Below are positions 39,045-48,010 of a stretch of 64,000 nt of DNA, piece after piece. The translations under genes and the position numbers were made by a program. The first letter of the stretch is position 1; every line of letters starts with the position of its first letter. This stretch comes from an uncultured Candidatus Saccharibacteria bacterium (GTDB lineage Bacteria; Patescibacteriota; Minisyncoccia; UBA6257; 2-01-FULL-56-20), in NCBI GenBank assembly GCA_964456235.1, contig CAYWDX010000002.1, positions 14,061-78,060 of the forward strand. Reading direction: 5' to 3'. The notes beneath the pieces were generated by a model, which saw only the letters and a list, made by a program, of their open reading frames with translations, did not search any database and was not told the DNA's origin.

Positions 39045-40037
39045 ATGCCGCACAAGGCCACATTCTTTAACTGCGCCCGATGGGGGAGCGATGCACAGTC
39101 CTATCTTATAAACAATCAAAAGTTGAAAGATGAGGGAATCGAAGTCGCGTTTGCCGAAGGAATCCTCAATAAAAACACCGTACCAACCGGCGATGCTCAA
39201 AATTTTGATATCTTAGGGGTTTTCATGGATTCGCAGGTAGATGCAGCGGTCATCAACGCGCTTCCTGGACTCAAGTTCATTGCAACACTTTCAACCGGAT
39301 ATGACCATGTTGACCTTAGAACCGCCGCCGCCCGCTCCATCCCGGTCTCCTCGGTTCCCGCGTACGGCGAAAACACCGTCGCCGAATTTGCATTTGCGCT
39401 CATACTCGCGCTCTCGCGCAAAATTCGCGAATGCAATGACCGCGTCAAAAATGAAATGAAATTTACAAGCGATGGGCTCACTGGTTTTGACCTCGCCGGT
39501 AAAACGATCGGCGTCATCGGCACCGGGCGCATTGGTAAGCATGCCGTGAGGATGGGGAAGGGATTCGGCATGAATGTGGTTGCCTATGACGTGTTCGAAG
39601 ATGCCGCATTCGCGAGTGAAACGGGCTTTCAATATCTTCCCCTGGAAGAACTGCTGAAACAGAGCGACGTGATCACCGTGCATTGCCCCTATCTTCCCTC
39701 AACGCATCATCTTATCAATCAGCAGAATATCAGCCTTGTGAAGCGCGGCGCTTATCTCATCAACACGGCGCGCGGCGCCATCGTTGAAACCGCCGCGATC
39801 GTGAATGCGCTTAAGTCCGGCCAGCTCGGAGGTGCGGGCCTCGACGTGCTCGAAGAAGAGGGCGACATGAAGGCCGGCGCCATGTCGCTCAATCGCGATC
39901 TCGTCATGATGCCGAATGTGATCGTGACGCCGCACAACGCCTTTAATACGCGCGAAGCATTTTTGCGCATCCTCGACACGACGATCGACAACATCGTTGC
40001 CTTCACAAAAGGAACGCCAACCAATGTCGTTCAATGA
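39045..40037 (+). CDS. D-isomer-specific 2-hydroxyacid dehydrogenase (D-lactate dehydrogenase-like)
   Basis: NAD-binding GVIGTGRIG, a catalytic Arg/Glu/His arrangement, and the C-terminal PHNAFNT. Confidence 0.85.
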   Translation: MPHKATFFNCARWGSDAQSYLINNQKLKDEGIEVAFAEGILNKNTVPTGDAQNFDILGVFMDSQVDAAVINALPGLKFIATLSTGYDHVDLRTAAARSIPVSSVPAYGENTVAEFAFALILALSRKIRECNDRVKNEMKFTSDGLTGFDLAGKTIGVIGTGRIGKHAVRMGKGFGMNVVAYDVFEDAAFASETGFQYLPLEELLKQSDVITVHCPYLPSTHHLINQQNISLVKRGAYLINTARGAIVETAAIVNALKSGQLGGAGLDVLEEEGDMKAGAMSLNRDLVMMPNVIVTPHNAFNTREAFLRILDTTIDNIVAFTKGTPTNVVQ

Positions 40038-41545
40038 CACTCCTCATTCGTGACGTACAGATTCTCGGTGGCGCACGAGCTTTTCCGGAGCCGGTTGATC
40101 TTTTTGTAAGCGGCGAAAAAATTTCTGCGATCGGGCATTTTCCCAATAAGCCTGCCGACGCGGTGCTCGATGGGCAAGGCGCTTATTTGAGCCCTGGATT
40201 TATTGACGTAAACACTGATTCCGACCACTACCTCTCGCTTTTCGAACATCCAAGCCAGGAAGATTTTTTGCGCCAGGGCGTCACCACTATTTTTGGCGGT
40301 ATGTGCGGCGCGTCGCTCGCACCCCTTTTATATGGCGGCCTCGAATCGCTTCGAAAGTGGACCGATCCAAACCGGATAAACGTAAGTTGGCACACCCTGA
40401 GCGAGTTTTTGAAAGAACTGGACCGACACCCGCTCGGCGTCAATTTTGGAACGCTCGCCGGGCACGCAACCATTCGGCGCGCCATACTGGGCGACGCGGA
40501 ACGAGATCTTACTAAAAATGAGCTCGGGGTTCTTGCGGAAACGCTCGAGCACGCGCTCGAAGATGGCGCGTTCGGATTTTCCACAGGCCTCGCGTATCTC
40601 CACGCCCGGAAGGCAGGTTATGCCGAACTGAAAATATTAGCTGATCTTACCAAGCGATTTAACGGCATCTACGCGACGCACCTGCGAGATGCGGGGGAGG
40701 GGATCAGCGATGCCGTCCAGGAAACAAAAAAACTGGCCGACGATTCGAGGGTGAAAACGCTCATCAGCCATTTTGTTCCTCTCCTGGGAACGGAAAAAAA
40801 ATACGCCAGCGCTCTCGCTGCGATCAACGCAACGCCGGCGGCGAAAAATTTCCGCTTTGATATTTATGCATCATCGAGCACCCTCCACCCGATCTATACG
40901 TTCTTGCCTCAATGGGCGCAGGCCGGCGGCGCCTCGGTCATGCTCGCCAATGTCCGCGACGAGTGGTATGTGCGCCGCATGAAAAATGACATGCCGCTCC
41001 TTGATGAAAATAATTTCGTCGTTGCCGAGGCGCCCGATGCCGATTTCTTAGTTGGTAAATCGCTTGCCGAGATTAAAGAGATGTACGAATTGAAAGATAG
41101 TCGCGACGCACTTTTGAAATTGATGGCTGTCATGCAGATGCGTGGCGGGGCGCTCTATAAAGAAGTGGCGACCGATCTTTCGCGCCGCGCCATGAAAAGC
41201 GCGCACAGCTTCATCGCTTCAAATGCGCCGAGTTTTTCCGAATACACGACGGTCGGGCGGCGATTGAAATCTGAACGCAGCACCCGCACCTTCACCGATT
41301 TTTTGGGCCTGGTCCAGAATGAAAAATTGCTCTCCCTCGAAAAGGCGGTTTCGAAACTCACGAGTGAACCGGCGCGCTTTTTCGGCCTGCCGCAGCGCGG
41401 CATGATTGTCGAGGGATACATCGCGGATCTCACCTGCTTTAAGGGCAATGAGATCAAATTCACAATCGTGAACGGTCGCGTGGCGGTCGAAGCCGGGGAA
41501 TTTAAAAATATTCTTGCGGGCAAAGCGCTTCGCCGCCATGGCTAA
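40034..41545 (+). CDS. Amidohydrolase-family protein (N-acyl-D-amino-acid deacylase-like)
   Basis: D-aminoacylase-like N-terminus (LLIRDVQILGG...PGFIDVNTDSD). Note that the usual HxH metal motif is replaced by NTD. Confidence 0.7.
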   Translation: MTLLIRDVQILGGARAFPEPVDLFVSGEKISAIGHFPNKPADAVLDGQGAYLSPGFIDVNTDSDHYLSLFEHPSQEDFLRQGVTTIFGGMCGASLAPLLYGGLESLRKWTDPNRINVSWHTLSEFLKELDRHPLGVNFGTLAGHATIRRAILGDAERDLTKNELGVLAETLEHALEDGAFGFSTGLAYLHARKAGYAELKILADLTKRFNGIYATHLRDAGEGISDAVQETKKLADDSRVKTLISHFVPLLGTEKKYASALAAINATPAAKNFRFDIYASSSTLHPIYTFLPQWAQAGGASVMLANVRDEWYVRRMKNDMPLLDENNFVVAEAPDADFLVGKSLAEIKEMYELKDSRDALLKLMAVMQMRGGALYKEVATDLSRRAMKSAHSFIASNAPSFSEYTTVGRRLKSERSTRTFTDFLGLVQNEKLLSLEKAVSKLTSEPARFFGLPQRGMIVEGYIADLTCFKGNEIKFTIVNGRVAVEAGEFKNILAGKALRRHG

Positions 41546-42647
41546 CGTTCACGCCCGCGGCGGCCACCAGCCCGATTATTTCTTTCTCGCCACGGTCATT
41601 GTTCTCACCATTTTTGGGTTAGCGATGCTCGCCTCGGCATCGTCCAATCTTGGCAAGATCAGCTTTAACGACACCTATTATTATCTGAAGCACCAAATCC
41701 TCTACGGCCTTTCGTTCGGCGCCATTGGGTTCTCGGTCGGCTATTTTATTTACTATCAAACGTGGAAAAAATTTGCATTCATCTTATTGCTGCTAAGCGT
41801 CGTTGCGCTTGTTCTAGTATTTACGCCGCTGGGGCTCCAGGCGAGGAACACGAGCCGCTGGCTGCGCCTGGGACCTTTGAGTTTCCAGCCCGCAGAATTA
41901 ATGAAATTGACCCTGATTCTTTATTTGGCAGCATGGCTTTCTAATACAAAACTAAAACGCTCAAGTGATTTCCAGACCGGCCTGTTGCCGCTCATCATTA
42001 TTCTCGGAGTAATCGGGGCGCTCCTCATTATGCAACCAGCAACAAGCACCGTCGTCATTCTCATGATTTCCGGCCTCATCGTTTATTTCATGAGCGGGGC
42101 ACCGATCCGCTATATTCTTTTAATTTTAGTTGGCGGCGCGGTCATCATCGCCGGCGTCATTTATGTGACGCCCTACCGAAAAGCGAGAATCTTGGGATAC
42201 CTCAACCAAAGCGCCGATACGCAAGGAAAAAATTATCAACTGAACCAGTCACTCATCGCGATTGGCTCGGGAGGTATCGCGGGCGTGGGATACGGGCAGT
42301 CCGCAACCAAAACAGGATCATTGCCGACGCCGATCGACGACTCAATTTTTGCGGTGGTAGGGGAGGAGCTTGGATTCATTGGGGCCGGCTTCCTTATCGC
42401 ACTGTTTGCGATGTTCGCTACCCGGCTCTATTGGCTTTCCATGAAAATAAGCGATCGTTTCGGTAAATATCTCCTCATCGGCTTTGCGACGGTGATCGCA
42501 TTGCAGGCATTTGTAAACATGGCGGCGACTTCCGGCCTCATCCCGCTTACCGGAGTCCCTCTGCCGTTTGTAAGTTATGGCGGCACCGCACTTGCGATAT
42601 TCTTAACAATGAGCGGAATTTCCCTTAACATTTCCCGACATGCTTAG
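41514..42647 (+). CDS. ftsW: Peptidoglycan glycosyltransferase FtsW/RodA (SEDS family). The start may be the internal Met at 41538.
   Basis: Ten-TM SEDS topology with the conserved PTPIDDSIF and GGTAL blocks. Confidence 0.85.
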   Translation: MRAKRFAAMANVHARGGHQPDYFFLATVIVLTIFGLAMLASASSNLGKISFNDTYYYLKHQILYGLSFGAIGFSVGYFIYYQTWKKFAFILLLLSVVALVLVFTPLGLQARNTSRWLRLGPLSFQPAELMKLTLILYLAAWLSNTKLKRSSDFQTGLLPLIIILGVIGALLIMQPATSTVVILMISGLIVYFMSGAPIRYILLILVGGAVIIAGVIYVTPYRKARILGYLNQSADTQGKNYQLNQSLIAIGSGGIAGVGYGQSATKTGSLPTPIDDSIFAVVGEELGFIGAGFLIALFAMFATRLYWLSMKISDRFGKYLLIGFATVIALQAFVNMAATSGLIPLTGVPLPFVSYGGTALAIFLTMSGISLNISRHA

Positions 42648-42660
42648 AAATTTTTAATCT

Positions 42661-43800
42661 ATGGCTAACGATCAAGAAATTTCGGTGGTAGCCTTCGCCG
42701 GCGGCGGGACCGGCGGGCATGTATATCCCACGCTCGCCGTCATTGAATCACTCAAGAAAAAAATGGCCGATCTTGGGGCGCCGCTTCGCTTGGTTCGCTT
42801 TGGCCCAAAAGATGGGTATGAAACCCTATTCGAGAACCAGGGCGTTCACATAGCGTCGATCGTCGCCGGGAAAATAAGGCGATATGCATCGTTCCAGAAT
42901 ATTCTCGATCTTCCCAAATTTTTTATAGGACTCATTGAGGCGTTTATAAAAGTCTTTTGGATCATGCCGGAAGTAATTTTTTCGAAGGGCGGCACCGGCG
43001 CCTTGCCAGTAATCATCGCGGGGTGGTTCTATCGCATACCGATCATCATTCACGAATCGGACGCCCATCCGGGTCTCACCAATTTAGTATCTTCGCGATT
43101 TGCGAAAAAAATTTACGCGAGCTTTGAAGCGGCGGCGAATTATTTTCCAGTGCAAAAAACCGAGGTGATCGGGACGCCGGTGCGCGATGAATTGCAGGCG
43201 AAACAAACGACGAAGGAGTTGGCCAAAGAATCCCTCGGGTTTGACCCAAAACTCCCGCTCGCGCTTATTCTCGGGGGATCGCAAGGCTCAATGCGAATAA
43301 ACGAATTCATTCTGGGGCATGCCGGCGAACTGCTCGGCGTCACTCAAGTATTGCATCAGACCGGGAATGCGAATCTAACGGACGTGCAACGCCTCTCGCA
43401 CGCAGCCACCATTGACGAGTCGTACCGCAACCGATACCAAGCCGTAGGATATTTGACCAACAACATGAATCTCGCACTCACCGCCGCTGACCTCGTCGTG
43501 ATGCGGGCGGGGAGCAGCAGTATTTTTGAAGTGGCGGCTTTCGGCGTACCCGCCATTCTCATCCCACTCGCCGAATCCGCAAACGATCATCAACGGGCGA
43601 ACGCCTATGATTTTGCGAAGAGCGGCGGGGGAGTCGTCATTGAAGAGTCAAATTTATTGCCCGGAATATTCATGAGCCAACTTAAGAATATTTTAATGAA
43701 TGATGCGGTCTGGCAAAAAATGGCGCACGCATCAGCAAGATTTTTTATTCCAGGCGCAGCCGATAAAATTGCGCTGGAAATTATCGAGAATTTGAAGTAA
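42661..43800 (+). CDS. murG: UDP-GlcNAc:lipid I N-acetylglucosaminyltransferase
   Basis: GGGTGGHVYP N-terminal G-loop and a GT-B C-terminal domain. Confidence 0.9.
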   Translation: MANDQEISVVAFAGGGTGGHVYPTLAVIESLKKKMADLGAPLRLVRFGPKDGYETLFENQGVHIASIVAGKIRRYASFQNILDLPKFFIGLIEAFIKVFWIMPEVIFSKGGTGALPVIIAGWFYRIPIIIHESDAHPGLTNLVSSRFAKKIYASFEAAANYFPVQKTEVIGTPVRDELQAKQTTKELAKESLGFDPKLPLALILGGSQGSMRINEFILGHAGELLGVTQVLHQTGNANLTDVQRLSHAATIDESYRNRYQAVGYLTNNMNLALTAADLVVMRAGSSSIFEVAAFGVPAILIPLAESANDHQRANAYDFAKSGGGVVIEESNLLPGIFMSQLKNILMNDAVWQKMAHASARFFIPGAADKIALEIIENLK

Positions 43801-43810
43801 ACTGGCCATC

Positions 43811-45226
43811 ATGAATGCCCCGCGCGTCCGCATGGCGCCAAGCCCAACCGGCCCCTTCCACATCGGAAGTGCCCGGACGGCGCTCTTTAATTGGTTGTTC
43901 GCTCGACAGCACGGCGGCACGTTTGTGCTGCGCATTGAAGACACAGATCGGGCGCGGTCAGAGAACCGCTACGAAAAGGACATTCTCGATGGATTAACAT
44001 GGCTCGGCATCACCTGGGATGAGGGGCCCCATCGACAAAGCGAACGCACCAATATTTATAAAAGACATTTAGAGCAACTCCTTGCGAAGGGCGATGCTTA
44101 CTATTGTTATTGTTCCAAAGAGGAATTAGAAGCACAACGCGATGCGATGGTGTCGCAGGGTCTGCCGCCCCGCTACAATGGCCGTTGTCGAAATTTGGCT
44201 GCACCGCCGCACGGAAAAAGCCCCGAGGTGATCCGTTTCAAAGTTCCAGAAACCACAATTACGTTCCACGACATTATTCGGGGCAAGGTGAGCTTCGATG
44301 CCGGACTGTTTGGCGACATCGTCATTGCAAAAAATTTAGAAACGCCGCTCTATAATTTCACCGTGGTGGTTGACGATGAACTCATGAATATTTCGCACGT
44401 CATACGCGGCGAAGATCATCTTTCCAACACGCCGAAGCAGATTTTATTTCAACGAGCGCTCGGGTTTACGGAGCCGCAATACGCGCACATCCCACTCATA
44501 TTAAATCCAGACCGCAGTAAAATGTCGAAGCGATTTTCGGACACGGCGCTCAGTGAATATCGAGAGCGCGGGTATCTGCCCGATGCGACGATAAATTTTT
44601 TGGCGCTCCTTGGGTGGCATCCGAAAGGCGATCGGGAAATTATGTCGCGGGACGAATTGATCAAGGAATTTGACCTAAAACGCGTCCAGGTTGCAGGTGC
44701 GGTTTTCAATCAAGAAAAAATGGATTGGCTTAACCGCGAATACTTAAAGCAGCTCGACGAAGATGAATTAGTAAGTCTCGCGCGGCCATTCATAGAGAAG
44801 GTTCACGGCAGTGCCGGCCATCCCCCCAATGAAGATTTCATTAAAAAACTCATCGCGGTCGAGCGGGGGAGGGCTTCCAGGTTGAGTGATTTTGCCAAAC
44901 TGGGTGGATTCTTTTTTACACTGCCAGCGTATGACGCAAAACTGTTAATCTGGAAAGATAGTACCGCACCGGAAGCGCGCGAGATCCTTACTGAACTTGT
45001 TAAACAATTTGAAACAGTAAGCGGAGCAGATTTCACACGTGATAGCATTGCGTCGATGATCACTATGGCTGTAGAAAAAGGGAGAAAAAGGGGAGTAGTC
45101 CTTTGGCCGTTGCGCGTCGCCCTGTCTGGTCTCGCGGCATCGCCCGACCCACTCGACATCGCAACCGTTCTTGGGAAAAAAGAATCCGAGCGGCGCATCG
45201 CGCTTGCGATCGAGAAATTGAAATAG
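43811..45226 (+). CDS. gltX: Glutamyl-tRNA synthetase
   Basis: HIGH motif (PTGPFHIG) and KMSKR (KMSKRF) class-I motifs. About 470 aa. Confidence 0.9.
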   Translation: MNAPRVRMAPSPTGPFHIGSARTALFNWLFARQHGGTFVLRIEDTDRARSENRYEKDILDGLTWLGITWDEGPHRQSERTNIYKRHLEQLLAKGDAYYCYCSKEELEAQRDAMVSQGLPPRYNGRCRNLAAPPHGKSPEVIRFKVPETTITFHDIIRGKVSFDAGLFGDIVIAKNLETPLYNFTVVVDDELMNISHVIRGEDHLSNTPKQILFQRALGFTEPQYAHIPLILNPDRSKMSKRFSDTALSEYRERGYLPDATINFLALLGWHPKGDREIMSRDELIKEFDLKRVQVAGAVFNQEKMDWLNREYLKQLDEDELVSLARPFIEKVHGSAGHPPNEDFIKKLIAVERGRASRLSDFAKLGGFFFTLPAYDAKLLIWKDSTAPEAREILTELVKQFETVSGADFTRDSIASMITMAVEKGRKRGVVLWPLRVALSGLAASPDPLDIATVLGKKESERRIALAIEKLK

Positions 45227-45259
45227 TCCTAAACGAAAGCACGGCCGGCGGGTGGTATA

Positions 45260-45670
45260 ATGAAGCTCATGAGAAGAGTTGTCGTCGGACTTTTCATGGG
45301 AATTATTTTGGTTGCGATTGCCGGACAAGCGCACGCCTATTCAGTCAATAGCTCGGTAGCCGGGCAAAGTTCGCTCAATAACCCGGATTTCACCCAGCTA
45401 TTCACACCAGTCCAAAATTTCTTTAATAGCATCCGGTCTGTACAAGGGACACAGCTCGTGCCACGCCTAAACACCACAAACCTGATTGCACTGCCACCGC
45501 TACCAACGGCACCCGGGCTGCTTCAAGGAATTCTTGAACAATTCGACGCCTGGTTCTACGGCATCGCCGGATTTCACATTCTTGAGTTGTTCGCAATAAT
45601 TCTTAGTGCGTTGTCATGGATATTACGCATTGTCCAGAATATAGTGAACTGGTTGGTCCAGGCACTATAA
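45260..45670 (+). CDS. Hypothetical small exported/membrane protein
   Basis: Signal peptide (AGQAHA) and a C-terminal TM helix. Confidence 0.4.
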   Translation: MKLMRRVVVGLFMGIILVAIAGQAHAYSVNSSVAGQSSLNNPDFTQLFTPVQNFFNSIRSVQGTQLVPRLNTTNLIALPPLPTAPGLLQGILEQFDAWFYGIAGFHILELFAIILSALSWILRIVQNIVNWLVQAL

Positions 45671-45811
45671 AAAAAGAAGGGCTGGCTAGGAGCGCGGTAT
45701 CTATTATTTAATATATCCTTATATGACGCAAAATCTATGTTGTGCGACAGATAAGATCTTGAGACTATCACACTTCCCCGATAACTTCCTTAATGCTCAA
45801 TAAATAAATAA

Positions 45812-47170
45812 ATGAAGCGCGCGTATTTCATTGGCATCGGCGGCATCGGCATGAGTGCTTTGGTCCGCTATTTTAAATCCCAGAAATGGGCTGTTTCCGG
45901 GTCAGATTCTACCTCAAGCCTGATTACCCGCCAGCTCTCAAAAGATGGCATAAAAGTCAAAATTGGCCAAAAGAAGACCCATCTCCCCCGCCTAATAGAC
46001 TTGGTGGTCATCAGCCAGGCCATTCGAGCTAATAATCCTGACCTAAAAGAGGCGCGCCGGCGTAGCGTTCGGGTGCTTGCCTACCCCGAAGCGGTCGGTG
46101 AGCTAACCGAACAGTACAAAACAATCGCCATCGCCGGCGCGCACGGAAAGAGCACAACGACCGCACTTGCGGCAATTATTTTAGCCAAGAATGGAATTGA
46201 TCCGACCGTCATCGTTGGGACCAATGTGCGGGAATTTGGTAATCGTAATTTTCGCGCGAACCGCAACGGAGGCGCAAAAAAGGATGGCTACCTCGTCCTC
46301 GAAGCGGATGAATTTGGGAAGGCCTTTTCGCACTACTCGGCTACCATTGCCGTCGTTCGCAACATTGACCGCGAACATCTCGACACCTATGGGACGCTCG
46401 GCGGTGTCAAGCGCGCCTTCATAAAATTTTTAGAAAATATTGCAAGCGGCGGTGCGCTCATCTTGAATCGCGACGATAAAAATCTCCGGTCGTTGCGCCC
46501 CGCGATCGCCGCAATTGAAAAACGCAAAGGCGTCCGCGTGATATGGCATTCGAATCGCGGCACGACGGCTGCAAAAATTCGGCGCGTCATCCAGGTTCCC
46601 GGCGAGCACAATGTTTCAAATGCCGTAGCCGCCTATAAGGTGGCACGGGTACTGGGCATCCCCCATCGAAATATTTTGGCCGCGATCAAAACTTATAAGG
46701 GCTCGTGGCGGCGCATGGAATATCGTGGAAAATTTGGTGAAGCGCTCGTTTATGACGATTATGCCCACCACCCAACCGAAATCAAAACAACGCTAAAAGC
46801 GTTTCGCGATAAGTATCCTAAAAAGCGGATTCTGTGCATATTCCAGCCGCATCTTTCGAAACGGCTTGAGTCGGTTTTCAAGGAATTCACGCGAGCGTTC
46901 GATGATGCAGATGAAACTCTTATCCTCCCAATTTATAAAGTCGCTGGACGACACACGGCGCCGGGACGCTACGATTCAGCGGCCCTCGTGCACGCGATTC
47001 AGAAAGAACAGCCGCGCAAATCACTATTTTATTTAGAGAACCCAAAAAATCTCGCGCGGGCCATTCGAGCGTTAAGCGATCCGCGCGGGCACTCCCCCCT
47101 TTCGAATAAGGTGATCGTTATGATGGGCGCCGGTGACATTTTTGAACTCACCGATAAACTGGTTGGCTAG
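45812..47170 (+). CDS. murC: UDP-N-acetylmuramate--L-alanine ligase
   Basis: Mur-ligase motifs (GIGGIGMS, GAHGKSTTT) and C-terminal domain blocks. Confidence 0.9.
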   Translation: MKRAYFIGIGGIGMSALVRYFKSQKWAVSGSDSTSSLITRQLSKDGIKVKIGQKKTHLPRLIDLVVISQAIRANNPDLKEARRRSVRVLAYPEAVGELTEQYKTIAIAGAHGKSTTTALAAIILAKNGIDPTVIVGTNVREFGNRNFRANRNGGAKKDGYLVLEADEFGKAFSHYSATIAVVRNIDREHLDTYGTLGGVKRAFIKFLENIASGGALILNRDDKNLRSLRPAIAAIEKRKGVRVIWHSNRGTTAAKIRRVIQVPGEHNVSNAVAAYKVARVLGIPHRNILAAIKTYKGSWRRMEYRGKFGEALVYDDYAHHPTEIKTTLKAFRDKYPKKRILCIFQPHLSKRLESVFKEFTRAFDDADETLILPIYKVAGRHTAPGRYDSAALVHAIQKEQPRKSLFYLENPKNLARAIRALSDPRGHSPLSNKVIVMMGAGDIFELTDKLVG

Positions 47171-47219
47171 CGGTGCGCCATGACTCCTTTTTCTTCTGGC
47201 ATTTTGTTAAAATTCCTCT

Positions 47220-47996
47220 ATGTTTGGGGAATATCGCGACATCGAGGACTTCAAGGAGAAGTCCGGCTACACGATTGACGGTGTTTGGTATCCTCGCGTC
47301 ACAAAGATCGTGACTATTAAAGCGAAGCCGGCGCTCTATTATTATTACGGCGAAGCAAAAAGTTTTAAGGCGGCACAGGAAGCGACGGAACTTTCCGCCA
47401 AAGAAGGCACCATGATTCATGAGGCGGTCGAGGGGCTTCTGCTTGGAAAAAATCCTGAAATTCCGGCAGCGATCGCCCCAGCCGTGAAATCATTTTCAGA
47501 TTTTTTTGCGCAAAATAATATCCAGGTGACGCCGGAGAATGTAGAGCGGCGCATCGTGAACTACGACCATCGCTATGCAGGCACGATTGATGCCGTTGCC
47601 ATGATCGGCGGGAAACTCGGCGTCCTCGACATTAAAACATCGCAGGCGGTGTACCGTGATTATTGCCTGCAAACATCGGCATACATGGACGCGCTGAAAA
47701 GCCAATTCCGAAATCTTTCGACACGGTGGATCCTGCGCATTGACCAGATACAAACCTGCGAACGGTGCGGCGCAACCAGGCGCACGAAAGGCGGGCGTGA
47801 AAAAATTCGGTATCCGGCAAAGAACGGCCGCGCAAGCATGATGCGGCAATGCGGGCACCAGTGGGGCCCGCTCACCGGCGAAATCGAGCTTAAGGAATTC
47901 CCCTATTGGCAAGACGACTTCCAAGCCTTCCTCGGCGCAAAGCGTTTGTGGGAATGGGAGAACGACGAGTGGTTGAAGAAAGTCGGGTACCTTTAA
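47220..47996 (+). CDS. PD-(D/E)xK nuclease (RecB/Cas4-like fold) with a C-terminal Cys cluster
   Basis: GTIDAV...LDIKTS (D...D/E-x-K), the QxxxY motif (CLQTSAY), and a CxxC...CxH cluster. Confidence 0.55.
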   Translation: MFGEYRDIEDFKEKSGYTIDGVWYPRVTKIVTIKAKPALYYYYGEAKSFKAAQEATELSAKEGTMIHEAVEGLLLGKNPEIPAAIAPAVKSFSDFFAQNNIQVTPENVERRIVNYDHRYAGTIDAVAMIGGKLGVLDIKTSQAVYRDYCLQTSAYMDALKSQFRNLSTRWILRIDQIQTCERCGATRRTKGGREKIRYPAKNGRASMMRQCGHQWGPLTGEIELKEFPYWQDDFQAFLGAKRLWEWENDEWLKKVGYL

Positions 47997-48010
47997 TGCG
48001 CCGCGGCAAA

